The position numbers and the translations under genes were made by a program. From Nostoc punctiforme PCC 73102 (lineage in GTDB: Bacteria; Cyanobacteriota; Cyanobacteriia; Cyanobacteriales; Nostocaceae): a DNA stretch of 32,000 nt. This document shows, piece by piece, positions 31,773 through 32,000 of this stretch. The notes beneath the pieces were generated by a model. The model saw only the letters and a program-made list of their open reading frames with translations, ran no database searches and had not been told where the DNA came from. The DNA is taken from the NCBI RefSeq assembly GCF_000020025.1, contig NC_010628.1:1860001-1892000 (forward strand), given 5' to 3'. Positions within the stretch are counted from its first letter, which is position 1; every line of letters starts with the position of its first letter.

Positions 31773-32000
31773 TCATTGTGGATCAATGATGGAACCCATA
31801 AACAAAACGTTTCCCGTCTGATTATCCCTAATGGCGCAGAAGAAGGGACGATCGACAATCATTCGGAATGGTTCTGGTTCATCTCTCAAAGATGTTGCTA
31901 CTATTCCCACTGAAGTAGCCGCAGCCGCTTCAGTGCCTTCTTCGTTCACTTCCAAAAAAGTTTTATGCTTAACTTGGCTAATGGCAAAATTTTTACCCAT
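31773..32000 (-). CDS. Serpin-family protease inhibitor, C-terminal part (gene continues beyond the window)
   Basis: The serpin hinge and reactive-centre loop read FLEVNEEGTEAAAATSVGIVATSLRDEPEP. The conserved C-terminus follows: FRMIVDRPFFCAIRDNQTGNVLFMGSIIDPQ*. Confidence 0.85.
   Translation of the reverse strand: MGKNFAISQVKHKTFLEVNEEGTEAAAATSVGIVATSLRDEPEPFRMIVDRPFFCAIRDNQTGNVLFMGSIIDPQ

Noticed and set aside
1-32000. Remaining short ORFs nested inside or antisense to long genes: 907-1155, 2088-2324, 2930-3139, 4595-4903, 6865-7089, 7994-8176, 8213-8470, 8786-9064, 9440-9772, 10747-10929, 11245-11526, 11292-11492, 13033-13242, 13114-13509, 13258-13482, 16719-16913, 17658-17861, 17841-18059, 19444-19656, 20190-20378, 20477-20668, 21163-21483, 21517-21885, 21551-21769, 22821-23063, 23687-23932, 24299-24556, 29228-29626, 29433-29726, 30219-30401, 30318-30506, 31226-31717, 31295-31606
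   Set aside because: Each overlaps a longer ORF that has clear family signatures. Their translations are Ser/Arg/Cys-rich or otherwise non-protein-like, which is typical of shadow ORFs.

Overview
The window looks like chromosomal DNA from a filamentous Nostoc/Anabaena-type cyanobacterium. It has many GCGATCGC (HIP1) palindromes, heptameric tandem (STRR-type) arrays, small dispersed hairpin repeats and NtcA-type GTA-N8-TAC promoters. No rRNA, tRNA, CRISPR array or transposase gene was recognised. All calls come from reading the sequence and recalling protein families; nothing was searched. Gene content, left to right: (1) The 3' end of a filamentous-haemagglutinin-like exoprotein gene, a Uma2 nuclease gene and a convergent TpsB transporter. 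(2) An orphan secreted protein and a decayed WD40 gene fragment. (3) A NarL-type response regulator. (4) A small conserved protein next to an 880-bp AT-rich non-coding tract, then ndhM. (5) A phosphothreonine-signalling neighbourhood with no active kinase: a zinc-ribbon/kinase-like/PP2C membrane phosphatase, a CHAT-FHA caspase-fold protease, an acidic unknown protein and a convergent FHA-PrsW intramembrane protease. This is my best candidate for an undescribed system. (6) A DJ-1/PfpI gene fragment. (7) The nitrate-assimilation regulon: narM, a PsiE-like gene, narB-nrtP-nirA on the minus strand, and divergent petC3-like Rieske, HEAT-repeat nirB-like, ntcB and cnaT genes. Canonical NtcA promoters precede nirA and ntcB. 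(8) An AT-rich, HIP1-free insert inside that regulon. It carries a restriction-modification controller-like HTH gene overlapping a 288-codon ORF broken by one in-frame TAA, with no methyltransferase nearby. (9) An LCP-family envelope protein, a small membrane protein whose 5' end is built from repeats, an AI-2E transporter and the 3' end of a serpin gene. Several ORF-track starts appear too long (nirA, nrtP, cnaT, Rieske, HTH, PsiE-like), and three coding remnants lack start codons and so are missing from the track.
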